IMG/VR virus record: IMGVR_UViG_3300037195_000603
Coordinates: 1-36,512 of that record
Origin: a virus
Taxonomy: Duplodnaviria > Caudoviricetes
Length of the DNA: 36,512 nt
Direction: 5' to 3' (one strand)
Both the position numbers and the translations under genes were made by a program. The notes under the pieces were generated by a model that saw nothing but the letters and a program-made list of their open reading frames with translations, searched no databases and had not been told where the DNA came from. The first letter of the stretch is position 1, and the number at the start of each line of letters is the position of its first letter. This document shows, one piece after another, positions 16,236-25,975 of the stretch.

Positions 16236-17494
16236 AAATTCAATATAAAAGTATAGATGAGTTGAAACCTGCTGATTATAACCCACGTCAAATGACCAAG
16301 GATCAGGCAGAAGGTTTGGAAGAGTCTTTAACTGAATTTGGTTTTGTTGATCCTATAATCGTGAATTCAAATGAGGAAAGGAAGAATGTGGTTATAGGGG
16401 GACATCAGAGATTGAAAATAGCTAAGAAAATAGGATTGAAAGAAGTGCCTTGTGTATTTATTGATTTAGATGCTGAGAAAGAGAAGGAGTTAAATCTGCG
16501 ACTTAATCGCAATGTTGGTGAATGGGATTGGGATAAGTTGGCAAACGATTTTGATGTGGACTTATTACTTGATGTGGGTTTTAATCCAGAGGAGCTAGAT
16601 ATAAAAATTGATAAAGATATTGAAGAGGATGAAGTACCCGACATACCAGAGGAGCCAATATCACAGCCAGGTGACTTGTATCAACTTGGCGAACATAGAC
16701 TACTTTGTGGTGACGCTACCAAGGCTGAGGATGTGGAGCGGTTGATGGACGGAGAGAAGGCAGAGCTATTGTTCACAAGCCCACCCTATGCTGATCAACG
16801 TGATTATTCTGGCGGATTGAATTTAGACACAAAACACTTGGCACAGTTTTTCCAAATGCCAGCCAGCCTATATGTTGTGAATTTAGGTATGAAGTTTAGT
16901 AAAGGCGAGGTAGTGAATTACTGGGACCATTATATTGAAGTGGCAAAGGAAAATGGTTTGCCGTTTATCAGCTGGAATGTATGGGACAGAACTGGAGATT
17001 TTTTCAGTGTTGGTCAGATTACACAGATGTTTGCCATAGCACACGAATGGTTATTTGTTTTCGGAGAGAAAAAGGATTTGAATTTGACAATAAAAAACAA
17101 GACTAAAGCTGGTAAAGTTGCAAAGGGGACAAACAGACAAAAGGATGGCTCGTTGAAATATAATGAAGTAAAGGTGCGAAGTCATAGACAGCTTGGAACA
17201 GTATTAAATACAACTAAAGAAAAGTCTGGAATCCACCCCGCAATGTTTCCTGTTGTCTTGCCTACCGAGTATATTCAAGCATGTACTCAAAGCGGTGATA
17301 TTGTATCTGATCCATTCGGTGGCTCTGGTTCTACCCTCATGGCTTGCGAACAAACCAACCGCAAGTGCTATATGATGGAGCTTTCAGAAAAATATTGTGA
17401 CGTAATTATTAAGCGATTCATTGACTATACTGGACAAGATGTTGTAAAATTAGAAAATGGAAAAGCAATATCTGTCAAAGAATCTTATATGTAA
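16232..17494 (+). CDS. ParB-like N-terminal domain fused to a beta-class N4/N6 DNA methyltransferase
   Basis: YNPR, GFVDPII, GGHQR (ParB), then HRLLCGD, TSPPY, HPAMFP and DPFGGSGST. Confidence 0.92.
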   Translation: MKIQYKSIDELKPADYNPRQMTKDQAEGLEESLTEFGFVDPIIVNSNEERKNVVIGGHQRLKIAKKIGLKEVPCVFIDLDAEKEKELNLRLNRNVGEWDWDKLANDFDVDLLLDVGFNPEELDIKIDKDIEEDEVPDIPEEPISQPGDLYQLGEHRLLCGDATKAEDVERLMDGEKAELLFTSPPYADQRDYSGGLNLDTKHLAQFFQMPASLYVVNLGMKFSKGEVVNYWDHYIEVAKENGLPFISWNVWDRTGDFFSVGQITQMFAIAHEWLFVFGEKKDLNLTIKNKTKAGKVAKGTNRQKDGSLKYNEVKVRSHRQLGTVLNTTKEKSGIHPAMFPVVLPTEYIQACTQSGDIVSDPFGGSGSTLMACEQTNRKCYMMELSEKYCDVIIKRFIDYTGQDVVKLENGKAISVKESYM

Positions 17495-17912
17495 ATTTTG
17501 TTTATGTATTTTTGATTCTAAAACTCGTAATTCAAAACAAAGATTTTGTTCGAAAGTTTGTGCAGGGAAAGGAAATAAAAATAATGGTAGATTCAAAAAA
17601 GGTCAGGAGGCATGGAATAAAGGACTAATCGGATACAGAAAAGGTTATAAAATGAGCGATGAGACTAAAAAGAAAATAGGTAAAGCAAATTTTAAGGAAA
17701 AAAATGCACATTGGAAAGGAGAAGATGCATCGTATAGTTCAAAGCATAAATGGATGTTGAGACATAGAGGAAAAGCAAAAAAATGTGAGTTTTGTGGAAA
17801 GGAAGGAGAATGGATTGATTGGGCAAATAAATCTGGAGAATATAAAAGAGAAGATGATGATTGGATGCAACTATGTCGAAGTTGTCATAAAAAATATGAT
17901 CAGGAGAAATAG
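17457..17912 (+). CDS. NUMOD3 + HNH-like (homing-type) endonuclease
   Basis: MSDETKKKIG (NUMOD3-like), WKG, CEFC...WAN...LCRSCH, AT-rich DNA. Confidence 0.65.
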   Translation: MEKQYLSKNLICKFCLCIFDSKTRNSKQRFCSKVCAGKGNKNNGRFKKGQEAWNKGLIGYRKGYKMSDETKKKIGKANFKEKNAHWKGEDASYSSKHKWMLRHRGKAKKCEFCGKEGEWIDWANKSGEYKREDDDWMQLCRSCHKKYDQEK

Positions 17913-17927
17913 CAGTAAAATTATGAT

Positions 17928-18320
17928 ATGTCTGAAAAGACGAATACAAACGTAAAGAAAACGTATACAGATCCAGTGACTGGTAAGTTTATTCCAGGTA
18001 ATCCAGGAGGAGGTAGACCCAAAGGATCAATTAGTTTTGCTACTAAATGGAAGAAATTCATTGAGAAAATAGCTGATAATAATGAAGTTGAGTTTGATGA
18101 TGTAGAGAGAGAGCTTTTGTCAGTTGCATATAAGCAAGCAAAGGCAGGTAATTTTTCCTTTTATAAGGACATTTTTGATAGAGTTTATGGTAAGGCAAAG
18201 GATGAGGTTAAACATTCAGGAGCTATTGGAATGTTCAGTATTAAAGATTTTATAGAATTAACCCATGGATCAACTAGAGATACAGAGGGGTTTACAGACG
18301 TTAGAGAAATGGCGGAATGA
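17928..18320 (+). CDS. terS: Terminase small subunit (DUF5681-like)
   Basis: GKFIPGNPGGGRPKGS, DRVYGK, directly upstream of TerL. Confidence 0.75.
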   Translation: MSEKTNTNVKKTYTDPVTGKFIPGNPGGGRPKGSISFATKWKKFIEKIADNNEVEFDDVERELLSVAYKQAKAGNFSFYKDIFDRVYGKAKDEVKHSGAIGMFSIKDFIELTHGSTRDTEGFTDVREMAE

Positions 18321-19644
18321 TCCAACTGCCTTCATTTATGACTGCTGGGGTGTAAAACTATGGGACAAGTTAGAAACTATAGCCCAATCAGTCTGGACAA
18401 ATCAGAGGACAATCGTGCCTTCTGGTCATGGTATTGGCAAAACGTGGCTCAGCGCTCGTCTAGCCCTTGCCTTCCTGTACAGCTTCTATCCATCAAAGAT
18501 CATCACGACTGCGCCAACATGGCCGCAAGTGGAGACCTTGCTGTGGGGTGAGATCAGAAAAGCACATTCTGAGTCCAAGATACCTCTGGGCGGATTGCCA
18601 CAGAAAACAAAGCTTGAACTGTCTCCTGACTGGTTCCTACGTGGGTTGTCCACAACGGGAAGTGTAGCAGAGAGAGAGTTCGGAGCCACTAGATTCCAAG
18701 GATTTCACTCGGAAAACCTTTTGGTCATCTTAGACGAGGCACCTGGAGTTGAACCTTCAATCTGGATAGCCACAGAATCCCTTATCGTTGGGGATAACAA
18801 CAGGATACTTGCAATTGGAAACCCTACCTCTCCAACAGGAATGTTCTATGATGCTTGTAGATCACCCCTGTGGAATAAGATACAGGTATCATGCTATGAC
18901 CATCCCAATGTTAAAGAGAACAGAACTGTAATACCTGGTGCTGTAACACCCAATTGGATTGATGAGCGTAAGCAGGAATGGGGTGAAGACTCCCCACTTT
19001 ATAAGGCTAAAATATTAGGTGACTTCCCAGATGAGGGAGAGGATACACTGATACCATTATCATGGGCTGAGGATGCCATGCACAAACAATTGAAGGCAGA
19101 AGGTAAGAGAAGATTAGGGTGTGACGTAGCTAGATTTGGATCTGATAAGACAGTTATCTTTGAAATGAATGGCCCAGTAGCAAATTTATTAGACGTGACT
19201 GGGAAAGTTGATACAATGGTTACAGTAGGTAAAATTCGTTCCTATGCTAAAGATGATACTCTTATTGCTGTTGATGACAGTGGTGTCGGAGGCGGTGTTA
19301 CTGATCGCTTACGTGAGCTTGAGGACAGCGTTGATGCCGTCAACTTCGGAGAAAGAGCAATTGAACCAGAAAGATTTGCCAACTTAAAGGCAGAGGCATT
19401 TTGGTTATTAAGGGAGAGATTCAAACCAAATAGTCCAGATCCTATACAGATTCCAGATAGCCAAGAGTTGTTATTCCAATTAACAAGTATTAAGTACACC
19501 TACACGTCCAAAGGACAAATCAAGATAGAGAGCAAAGAGGATATGAAAAAGAGGGGGATGAAGTCACCTGACTTAGCTGATGCACTAGCCATTTGCAATT
19601 ACGCTGGAAGACGTAACAAGGAACCAACGATTACAATTCTATGA
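18265..19644 (+). CDS. terL: Terminase large subunit
   Basis: Walker A SGHGIGKT, Walker B VILDEA, GNP, nuclease GCDVARFGSD and SPDLADAL. Confidence 0.95.
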   Translation: MDQLEIQRGLQTLEKWRNDPTAFIYDCWGVKLWDKLETIAQSVWTNQRTIVPSGHGIGKTWLSARLALAFLYSFYPSKIITTAPTWPQVETLLWGEIRKAHSESKIPLGGLPQKTKLELSPDWFLRGLSTTGSVAEREFGATRFQGFHSENLLVILDEAPGVEPSIWIATESLIVGDNNRILAIGNPTSPTGMFYDACRSPLWNKIQVSCYDHPNVKENRTVIPGAVTPNWIDERKQEWGEDSPLYKAKILGDFPDEGEDTLIPLSWAEDAMHKQLKAEGKRRLGCDVARFGSDKTVIFEMNGPVANLLDVTGKVDTMVTVGKIRSYAKDDTLIAVDDSGVGGGVTDRLRELEDSVDAVNFGERAIEPERFANLKAEAFWLLRERFKPNSPDPIQIPDSQELLFQLTSIKYTYTSKGQIKIESKEDMKKRGMKSPDLADALAICNYAGRRNKEPTITIL

Positions 19645-22385
19645 TGGCTGACAAACTTAAAAACATATCTCACCAGATGAAGAAGAAGGGGATGAAGTGG
19701 TGGGAAATTGAAGACACATATGTTAAAGACTTCATGCTTCAAGAGGAGCTTTCAAACCTTAAAGGAGAGAAGGGAGATAAAGGCTCTAAAGGCTCAATTG
19801 GAAAAACTGGTAAGCAAGGTAAACAAGGTAGTAGAGGAGATAGGGGAACGACAGGAAAACATGGAAAGGTGGGATCAAGAGGGCTAACAGGAAAGACTGG
19901 AAAGACAGGCCTTGTAGGTAAGCAGGGTAAAGTAGGAGCACAGGGGCCTAAGGGGCCTAAAGGAGACAAAGGAGAATCTGGCAAACCAGGGCCACAGGGT
20001 AAGACTGGGCCAAAGGGAGATAAGGGTGATGCTGGTGAAACAGGAGATGTAGGAATGACTTTTAGGGGTCAGTACCAATCTGATACCCGATACAACAAAA
20101 ATGATGTTGTTTTCTATGCAGGCAGTTCTTTTATTGCACTAGAAGACAACAGAAATACTGCACCAAGTTTTACTATTGACCCTAGGTATAGAGATAACAC
20201 CTGGGGTATTTTGGCTATTAAGGGTGCTCAAGGTGGATCTGGTGCGTCATCCGAACAGTATGTCTTGGTAGATGGGACACGTGCCATGACAGGGGGCCTT
20301 GAGATAGTAGGTAGTGCTGATGAGTCCCAGTTAACTGTTTCTGCTCATTCAACACAGACAAATCCTATTTCAATCTGGGAAGATGATTCAGGTAATGCTC
20401 AGATAACATTTAGTGGAATAGGTGGTGCAGTATTCAATGAACAAGGCAATGACGCAGATTTCCGTATTGAGGGTGATGCAGATACTCACTTATTCTTCCT
20501 TGATGCCAGTGAAGACACCATTTCAATGGGAACATCTGATTCTTCCTATGTAAATGATGGTGCAACGATCTACCCTAAATTTCTTATTCAACGTGAGGCA
20601 GGGCCTGCAAAAACATCATTAGTAAACAGGCACTTCTCTGATACGTTTAATGAGCCTCCGTTCTTAACATTGGCTAAAGCTAGAGCTGCTGAAACAGCAC
20701 TTGTAGACGGTGATTGGGTAGGTATATTCCAATTCCTAGGACATGATGGTACTGATTACCAAGGGTCTACTATCATCAGAGGACAGGTAGATGACACTGT
20801 TTCAACAGGTGTGATGCCAATTGGATTGCTGTTCCTTACTGGTGATGCACAATCACAACAGACAAGTATTGTTTGTCATTCAGGTGGAAATGTAGGAATT
20901 AGAACCACATTTGCTAGTGCAAACTTTGAAGTAGAGGGAAATACTGTATTTAACCAATCTGGTGCAGATGTAGACTTCAGGGTTGAGGGTAGTGGAGTAG
21001 CAAACTTATTTGGCATTGATGGTGGTCTGCCTGCTGTACGCATTGGTGATGCCGTAGCTGGATCTGTAGCAGATTTTAGATCAACTGTAATTACCTTTAA
21101 TGAGAGCGGGGAAGATCAGAACTTTAGGGTAGAGACACTGAACAACACATTCATGTTCCACGTAGATGGTGGACTAGACACTGTTTACATCGGAACAACC
21201 GTTCTTGGTGCTATAGCAATATTTGGTGCAACCAGTATTGTTTTCAATGAAAATGGTGCAGATCAGGACTTTAGAATAGAGGGTGACACAGCAACCAATC
21301 TGTTTAACTGTAATGCAGGATTGGATTCTGTTCAGATTGGTACAACATCAGCAGGTGCCATAGCACAATTTGGACCTTCACTGATCACGTTCAATGAGAC
21401 AGCACAGGATCAGAACTTCAGGGTTGAAACGGTTAATAATCCTTTCATGTTCTTTGTTGATGCTGGAATAGACGCGGTACATATAGGAGATGCAGCAGCA
21501 GGTACATTAGCTAAGATCTCTACAGCAGAGATTAACTTCAATGATGCTGGTGCTGACATTGACTTCCGTGTTGAGGGTGATGTTGACCCTAATTTGCTTT
21601 TTGTTAATGCTGGAACTAATAGAGTTGGAATAGGAATTGCTGTTCCAAATGATAGATTGCACGTGAGTAATGGTTCAATCCTTAAAACTGGTACAACAAC
21701 AGTAGGAAGTAGAATTGAGAATGCTAGATTTAGTGCAAACAACCTTGGATCTATCAACATAATGAGTAAGAGCCGTAACGCGACAATTGGTAGTCATACA
21801 GTTGTACAAAATGGTGATATTTTGGGGCTTCATACATTCCAAGGATCAGATGGTTCTTCATTTGTAGAAAGTGCTCAAATAGCTGCTGAAGTAGATGGAA
21901 CACCAGGGGCAGGTGATGTACCTGGATTGATAAGTTTTCTAACACAGCCAGCAGGTGGAAGTTTGACAAAGAGACTTTCTGTCTATTCAAGTGGTAATAT
22001 TGAATTTAATGCAGGTACAAAGACAGAAGGATTGGTGTTTAGAAAGACTGCTGAAATTCAAACAACAGACGCAACTCAAACAACAGTAGATGGATTCGTA
22101 TTACTTGATGAGAATACTTATCATCTTAAAGCACGAGTAGTTGGAGTAAAGAGTGATGGGTCTGAAAGAGCTTCTTATGAAATTGATGCAACAGCTTATA
22201 GAACAGGTGCAGGAGTTGCGACATTACAGGGAAGTGTTACAAGTCTTCATACTCAAGAGAGTGATGCTACCTGGGATGCAACATTTACTGTAAATAGTAA
22301 TAGTGTCAGGGTTTCGGTTACTGGTGTAGCGGCAACAACCATTGAATGGGTTTGTGTTTTAGAAGTAATAAATATGAGTAATTAA
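19641..22385 (+). CDS. Collagen-like fibre / adhesin with 49-aa beta repeats
   Basis: 32 G-X-Y triplets, a CBM5/12-like segment (YNKNDVVFYAGSSFIAL), six FNxxGxDxDFRxE repeats, RVGIG fibre motif. Confidence 0.8.
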   Translation: MMADKLKNISHQMKKKGMKWWEIEDTYVKDFMLQEELSNLKGEKGDKGSKGSIGKTGKQGKQGSRGDRGTTGKHGKVGSRGLTGKTGKTGLVGKQGKVGAQGPKGPKGDKGESGKPGPQGKTGPKGDKGDAGETGDVGMTFRGQYQSDTRYNKNDVVFYAGSSFIALEDNRNTAPSFTIDPRYRDNTWGILAIKGAQGGSGASSEQYVLVDGTRAMTGGLEIVGSADESQLTVSAHSTQTNPISIWEDDSGNAQITFSGIGGAVFNEQGNDADFRIEGDADTHLFFLDASEDTISMGTSDSSYVNDGATIYPKFLIQREAGPAKTSLVNRHFSDTFNEPPFLTLAKARAAETALVDGDWVGIFQFLGHDGTDYQGSTIIRGQVDDTVSTGVMPIGLLFLTGDAQSQQTSIVCHSGGNVGIRTTFASANFEVEGNTVFNQSGADVDFRVEGSGVANLFGIDGGLPAVRIGDAVAGSVADFRSTVITFNESGEDQNFRVETLNNTFMFHVDGGLDTVYIGTTVLGAIAIFGATSIVFNENGADQDFRIEGDTATNLFNCNAGLDSVQIGTTSAGAIAQFGPSLITFNETAQDQNFRVETVNNPFMFFVDAGIDAVHIGDAAAGTLAKISTAEINFNDAGADIDFRVEGDVDPNLLFVNAGTNRVGIGIAVPNDRLHVSNGSILKTGTTTVGSRIENARFSANNLGSINIMSKSRNATIGSHTVVQNGDILGLHTFQGSDGSSFVESAQIAAEVDGTPGAGDVPGLISFLTQPAGGSLTKRLSVYSSGNIEFNAGTKTEGLVFRKTAEIQTTDATQTTVDGFVLLDENTYHLKARVVGVKSDGSERASYEIDATAYRTGAGVATLQGSVTSLHTQESDATWDATFTVNSNSVRVSVTGVAATTIEWVCVLEVINMSN
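19764..20051 (+). repeat. Collagen (Gly-X-Y)32 repeat, Lys-rich
   Basis: Uninterrupted triplets from GEK to GDV. Confidence 0.95.
20949..21640 (+). repeat. Five tandem 147-nt (49-aa) repeats
   Basis: FNQSG/FNESG/FNENG/FNETA/FNDAG each start 49 aa apart (20949 to 21537). Confidence 0.9.
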
Positions 22386-22392
22386 AAAATTT

Positions 22393-22617
22393 ATGACAGA
22401 CATAAAAGAACAAACAATAGAACAAATTGTAACCAATGATGATGGTGTGATTGAGAAGAAAATCTGGACTCTCACATCTACAGAGGAGTTAACTGTGCAA
22501 ACTAAGATAGCCGCAAAGTTTAAGTCTTTACTTACAACATACATTGAGGATGAGGAATCAATTGATTATGTCGTTGAGACAATGCAGACGATTCTAAAAG
22601 ACAATGAGGTGCTATGA
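22393..22617 (+). CDS. Hypothetical protein
   Basis: Operon-like packing. Confidence 0.55.
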   Translation: MTDIKEQTIEQIVTNDDGVIEKKIWTLTSTEELTVQTKIAAKFKSLLTTYIEDEESIDYVVETMQTILKDNEVL

Positions 22618-23183
22618 CGAAATATTGGCGCAGACAGATGGATCATGCACCTACTTTTTCTTTCTACACAGAGCTAATGAAGCTTTGTATTGAGTTTAAA
22701 CCTAAGAATGTACTGGAGATAGGAACTGGCTGGGCTATTAGTGGTTCAGCCTTTCTTGAATCTGGTTGTGAGACACTGGATACAATAGACCCTAATCATG
22801 CAGCAGCTTATGGTAGACAGGCAATTGCGGAGCTAGATGACCACATAAGCAAGGGCCAAATTGTCACACCACTCACTGCAAGGGCAGAGAATATCTGTCC
22901 AGATCTTATTAGTGAAGGAAAAGAATATGATCTGATCTTTATAGACGGATCACACAATTATGAGCATGTAGTCGTTGACCTTCGCTATGCCCTTCAACTG
23001 GTAAAAGAGGGTGGAAAGATTATTCTTGACGACTACTTTCATATCAATAACTATGCTCCCCCAAAAGGGCCAGAGCATTTCTACGGAGTTGCTCGTGCAG
23101 CAGCGGAGGTGTTAATTGGGACAAAACACAAGATTGAGGTGATTCCAACTGAAACTAATGGTTTCCTAGTTATACATCTATGA
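22614..23183 (+). CDS. Class I SAM methyltransferase (Methyltransf_24-like)
   Basis: VLEIGTG, YDLIFIDGSHNYE, GGKIILDDY. Confidence 0.9.
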   Translation: MTKYWRRQMDHAPTFSFYTELMKLCIEFKPKNVLEIGTGWAISGSAFLESGCETLDTIDPNHAAAYGRQAIAELDDHISKGQIVTPLTARAENICPDLISEGKEYDLIFIDGSHNYEHVVVDLRYALQLVKEGGKIILDDYFHINNYAPPKGPEHFYGVARAAAEVLIGTKHKIEVIPTETNGFLVIHL

Positions 23184-23347
23184 GTGACAAACAACTTTCT
23201 CAAAACGAAAAACATCTTCTAAAAGAGGTGCGGAGCATTGATCATGGATCAGTTACTGTTTACATAAAGAACGGGACACCATGGAGATTAGAGGAAGTTA
23301 AACATAGTGTTGTATTAGGGAGCTTTACAGGTGAGTTAATACCGTAG
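23180..23347 (+). CDS. DUF2292/YezD-like micro-protein, 55 aa (not in the ORF track)
   Basis: MSDKQLSQNEKHLLKEVRSIDHGSVTVYIKNGTPWRLEEVKHSVVL..., matching the IxxGSVxIxxxxG pattern, with ATGA overlap. Confidence 0.65.
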   Translation: MSDKQLSQNEKHLLKEVRSIDHGSVTVYIKNGTPWRLEEVKHSVVLGSFTGELIP

Positions 23348-23373
23348 TAAGCTATAAGTAATCAATTTAATTA

Positions 23374-23424
23374 GCCTACCGAAGAACGGATGGCGCACGT
23401 TTTATTTCGTGGGCCTATTTTTTT
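23374..23424 (+). promoter_or_regulatory. Overlapping hairpin plus terminator-like hairpin (candidate attenuator) before the portal gene
   Basis: GCC-TA-CCG-AAGAA-CGG-AT-GGC shares its GGC with GGCGCACG...CGTGGGCC-TATTTTTTT. Confidence 0.55.
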
Positions 23425-25629
23425 ATGGGAATACTAGACATTTTTCGACAACCTGTACCACCTCTACCTGAGAAGAAGGCACCAAAGATCAAGAATGCTC
23501 CTGCTGGAGAGTTCATTGCTCCTGCATTTAAGAACTCAATCCCTTCTGATAAGGACGCAACTGAACTTATTGACGCTTCAGCACTTGGGTGGGTATACGC
23601 ATGTTCGTCGGTCATTGCCGATGCTGTTGCTCGGACACCAATCAAACTGTTTAAGAGAACTCCAGATGGCCCAATTGAGATAGAACAACATCCAATTCTG
23701 GAGCTTTTATTTCAGGTTAATAACTTCACCACTTACTACGATCACGTCGTAAAAACACAGATGTATCTTGAGGGTGTGGGTGAAGCACCCTGGTATATCG
23801 AGAGATCAGGGACAAAACCTAAGAACATCCTGCTTTTACGCCCTGATAGGATAGAGATCATCTTTGATGAAAAGGACATTATTGGTGGATATAAGTACAA
23901 GAATTCTGATGGATCGTTTGTAAAGATTGAAGCAGATGACATTATTTTCCTTAGAAACCCATCACTTACGAGTGAATTTAGAGGCTACGGCACACTACAA
24001 GCTGCTGCCGTGACAGTAGACACAGAGGACTTTGCTGAGAAGTACAACAGGAACTTCTTCTTTAATGGTGCAAAGCCTGACTTTGTTCTTGAAACAGACT
24101 CAACACTCACTGAAAGAACGATTAGAAGGCTTAAAAAGGCATGGGAAGCTCTCTACAGGGGTGTGGATAACGCACATAAGATGGCAATCCTAGACAGTGG
24201 TTTGAAGCTAAATACCCTAGGAATGACACAAAAGGACATGGATTTCTTCAACCAACTCCAGTGGAGTAGGGATAAAATCCTAGCTATTTTCCGTGTTCCT
24301 AAGCCTGTACTGGGAATAACCGAGGATGTGAACCTAGCAAATGCTGAGGTTGCAGAGCTAACCTTTGCTAAATACACAATTGTTCCACGTCTTGAGCGTT
24401 TGATTCAGCAGCTAAATGAGTTTCTTGTCCCTATGTTTGGGGATAACCTGTTCCTAGAATTTGAAGATCCAACACCTGAAAACAGGCAGGAACTTGCTGA
24501 TTTCTACAACAAAGCCATTGAGGGCGGTTGGATGACGGTTAATGAGGTACGTGAGGCAGAGGGATTCCCTGGTCTTATCGGGGGTGACGCTGTTCTAAAG
24601 CCAGTGAACCTAGTCCCACAGATGAGCGTAGATCCAACTTCACAAGTGGAAGAAGAAAAATCATTTACACTCCAGATGATGAACAACAAGATCACAAATT
24701 CACGTAAGCGAGAGAAGATTGCAGAAGCACTACAGCCATTACTAAAGAAGAAAATCAGGAAAGATGTTGAGAAGAAGAGGGTAAAAAAAAAAGCAAAAAA
24801 AAAGATAAAGAAGAAGTCCTACCAAAGCTTGCTGTCAACACAAGAGTCCAAGACCCTGTTCCACGAGTCACTGATCCTAAAGAGCGCACAGAAGTTTGAG
24901 GATGATATTGAGACGATGTTCCAGAATGTGTTTAAGCAGCAAGAGAGAATCATCTTGGATGCGTTTGATCAACAGGAAGTCATCAAGGCTCCTAGTGAGG
25001 AAGATACAAACAAACTCATAGATGATCTATGGGATAAAGATACAATGAATCAACTAATCGTACTTGCCTATGCACCACTCTTCCTAGAACTGTTTCGTGA
25101 GCAGTCTAGCGCAACTCAAGATTTTCTTAATCTACGGGTAGGAGATGTTACCCGAAATGCAGATGTGGTCTCTGAGATAACAGAAACAAATCTACAGTTA
25201 TCTGGCACTGTCAATGACGCAACGATTAAGAACATTAAAAAGACATTAGCACTGGGGGTTGTGGAGGGTGAAGGAGCTAACATGCTTAAGGAGCGAATCC
25301 AACAGGTGTTCACAGATGCAAGTGATAAGAGGGCTGAGATGATTGCACGTACTGAGACTATCCGAGGATCTAATCTAGCTGCCAATACTGTATATGAGAA
25401 AGCTGGAGTTAAGACCAAGGAGTGGATCACAGCTATAGACGAGCGAACTTGTCAGTGGTGTGGGCCTATGGATGGAACTCAATTGAAAGTTAGCGACAAT
25501 TTCTTTGATAAAGGTTCAACTTTTGAGGGGAGAGAAGGAGGAATACTAAATCTAAATTATTCCGACACTAAAGGGCCACCTCTACATCCAAATTGCCGAT
25601 GTACGTTGGGGCCTGTAATCGAGATATAA
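23425..25629 (+). CDS. HK97-family portal protein fused to a Mu gpF/SPP1 gp7-like minor head domain
   Basis: WVYAC, LRPDRI, FFFNGAKP, IFRVP, MTVNEVR (portal), then RAEMIARTE, KEW, DERTCQWC and PPLHPNCRC (gpF). Confidence 0.92.
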   Translation: MGILDIFRQPVPPLPEKKAPKIKNAPAGEFIAPAFKNSIPSDKDATELIDASALGWVYACSSVIADAVARTPIKLFKRTPDGPIEIEQHPILELLFQVNNFTTYYDHVVKTQMYLEGVGEAPWYIERSGTKPKNILLLRPDRIEIIFDEKDIIGGYKYKNSDGSFVKIEADDIIFLRNPSLTSEFRGYGTLQAAAVTVDTEDFAEKYNRNFFFNGAKPDFVLETDSTLTERTIRRLKKAWEALYRGVDNAHKMAILDSGLKLNTLGMTQKDMDFFNQLQWSRDKILAIFRVPKPVLGITEDVNLANAEVAELTFAKYTIVPRLERLIQQLNEFLVPMFGDNLFLEFEDPTPENRQELADFYNKAIEGGWMTVNEVREAEGFPGLIGGDAVLKPVNLVPQMSVDPTSQVEEEKSFTLQMMNNKITNSRKREKIAEALQPLLKKKIRKDVEKKRVKKKAKKKIKKKSYQSLLSTQESKTLFHESLILKSAQKFEDDIETMFQNVFKQQERIILDAFDQQEVIKAPSEEDTNKLIDDLWDKDTMNQLIVLAYAPLFLELFREQSSATQDFLNLRVGDVTRNADVVSEITETNLQLSGTVNDATIKNIKKTLALGVVEGEGANMLKERIQQVFTDASDKRAEMIARTETIRGSNLAANTVYEKAGVKTKEWITAIDERTCQWCGPMDGTQLKVSDNFFDKGSTFEGREGGILNLNYSDTKGPPLHPNCRCTLGPVIEI

Positions 25630-25631
25630 AT

Positions 25632-25967
25632 ATGGCAGATGAAAAGAAAACCGTGGAAAAGAAAGTAGAACCAACTGTATTTACACAACGTGAAGTAGCT
25701 CTTATAGGAAATTCAATAAACATCTCTAAGATTAAGGACGGACAGCCACAGGCACGTGTATTCCCAACAGCAAAACTGCATACAGCATCAGAGATCTATC
25801 AAGAGTTTGACGGAATCGTACATGAGGACGGATCAATTCCAGAAGGAGAGCATGCACTAACATTAGGAACAAAAGCTAAAAAGTTAATTATTGACTGCAT
25901 TGAAGATAGGGAGTGGATGGCCATAGATGCCACACGCGTTCTGTCTCTAAAAGATAAATTAAGTTAA
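25632..25967 (+). CDS. Hypothetical protein
   Basis: ATG 2 nt after the portal stop. Confidence 0.6.
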   Translation: MADEKKTVEKKVEPTVFTQREVALIGNSINISKIKDGQPQARVFPTAKLHTASEIYQEFDGIVHEDGSIPEGEHALTLGTKAKKLIIDCIEDREWMAIDATRVLSLKDKLS

Positions 25968-25975
25968 GAAGCTCT

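Noticed and set aside
20949-21640. CRISPR-like array
   Set aside because: The repeats are degenerate in-frame 147-nt protein repeats, not identical repeats with unique spacers. No cas genes are present.
24162-24170. Second perfect DnaA box (TGTGGATAA)
   Set aside because: It lies inside the portal coding sequence (GVDN), isolated and plausibly chance.
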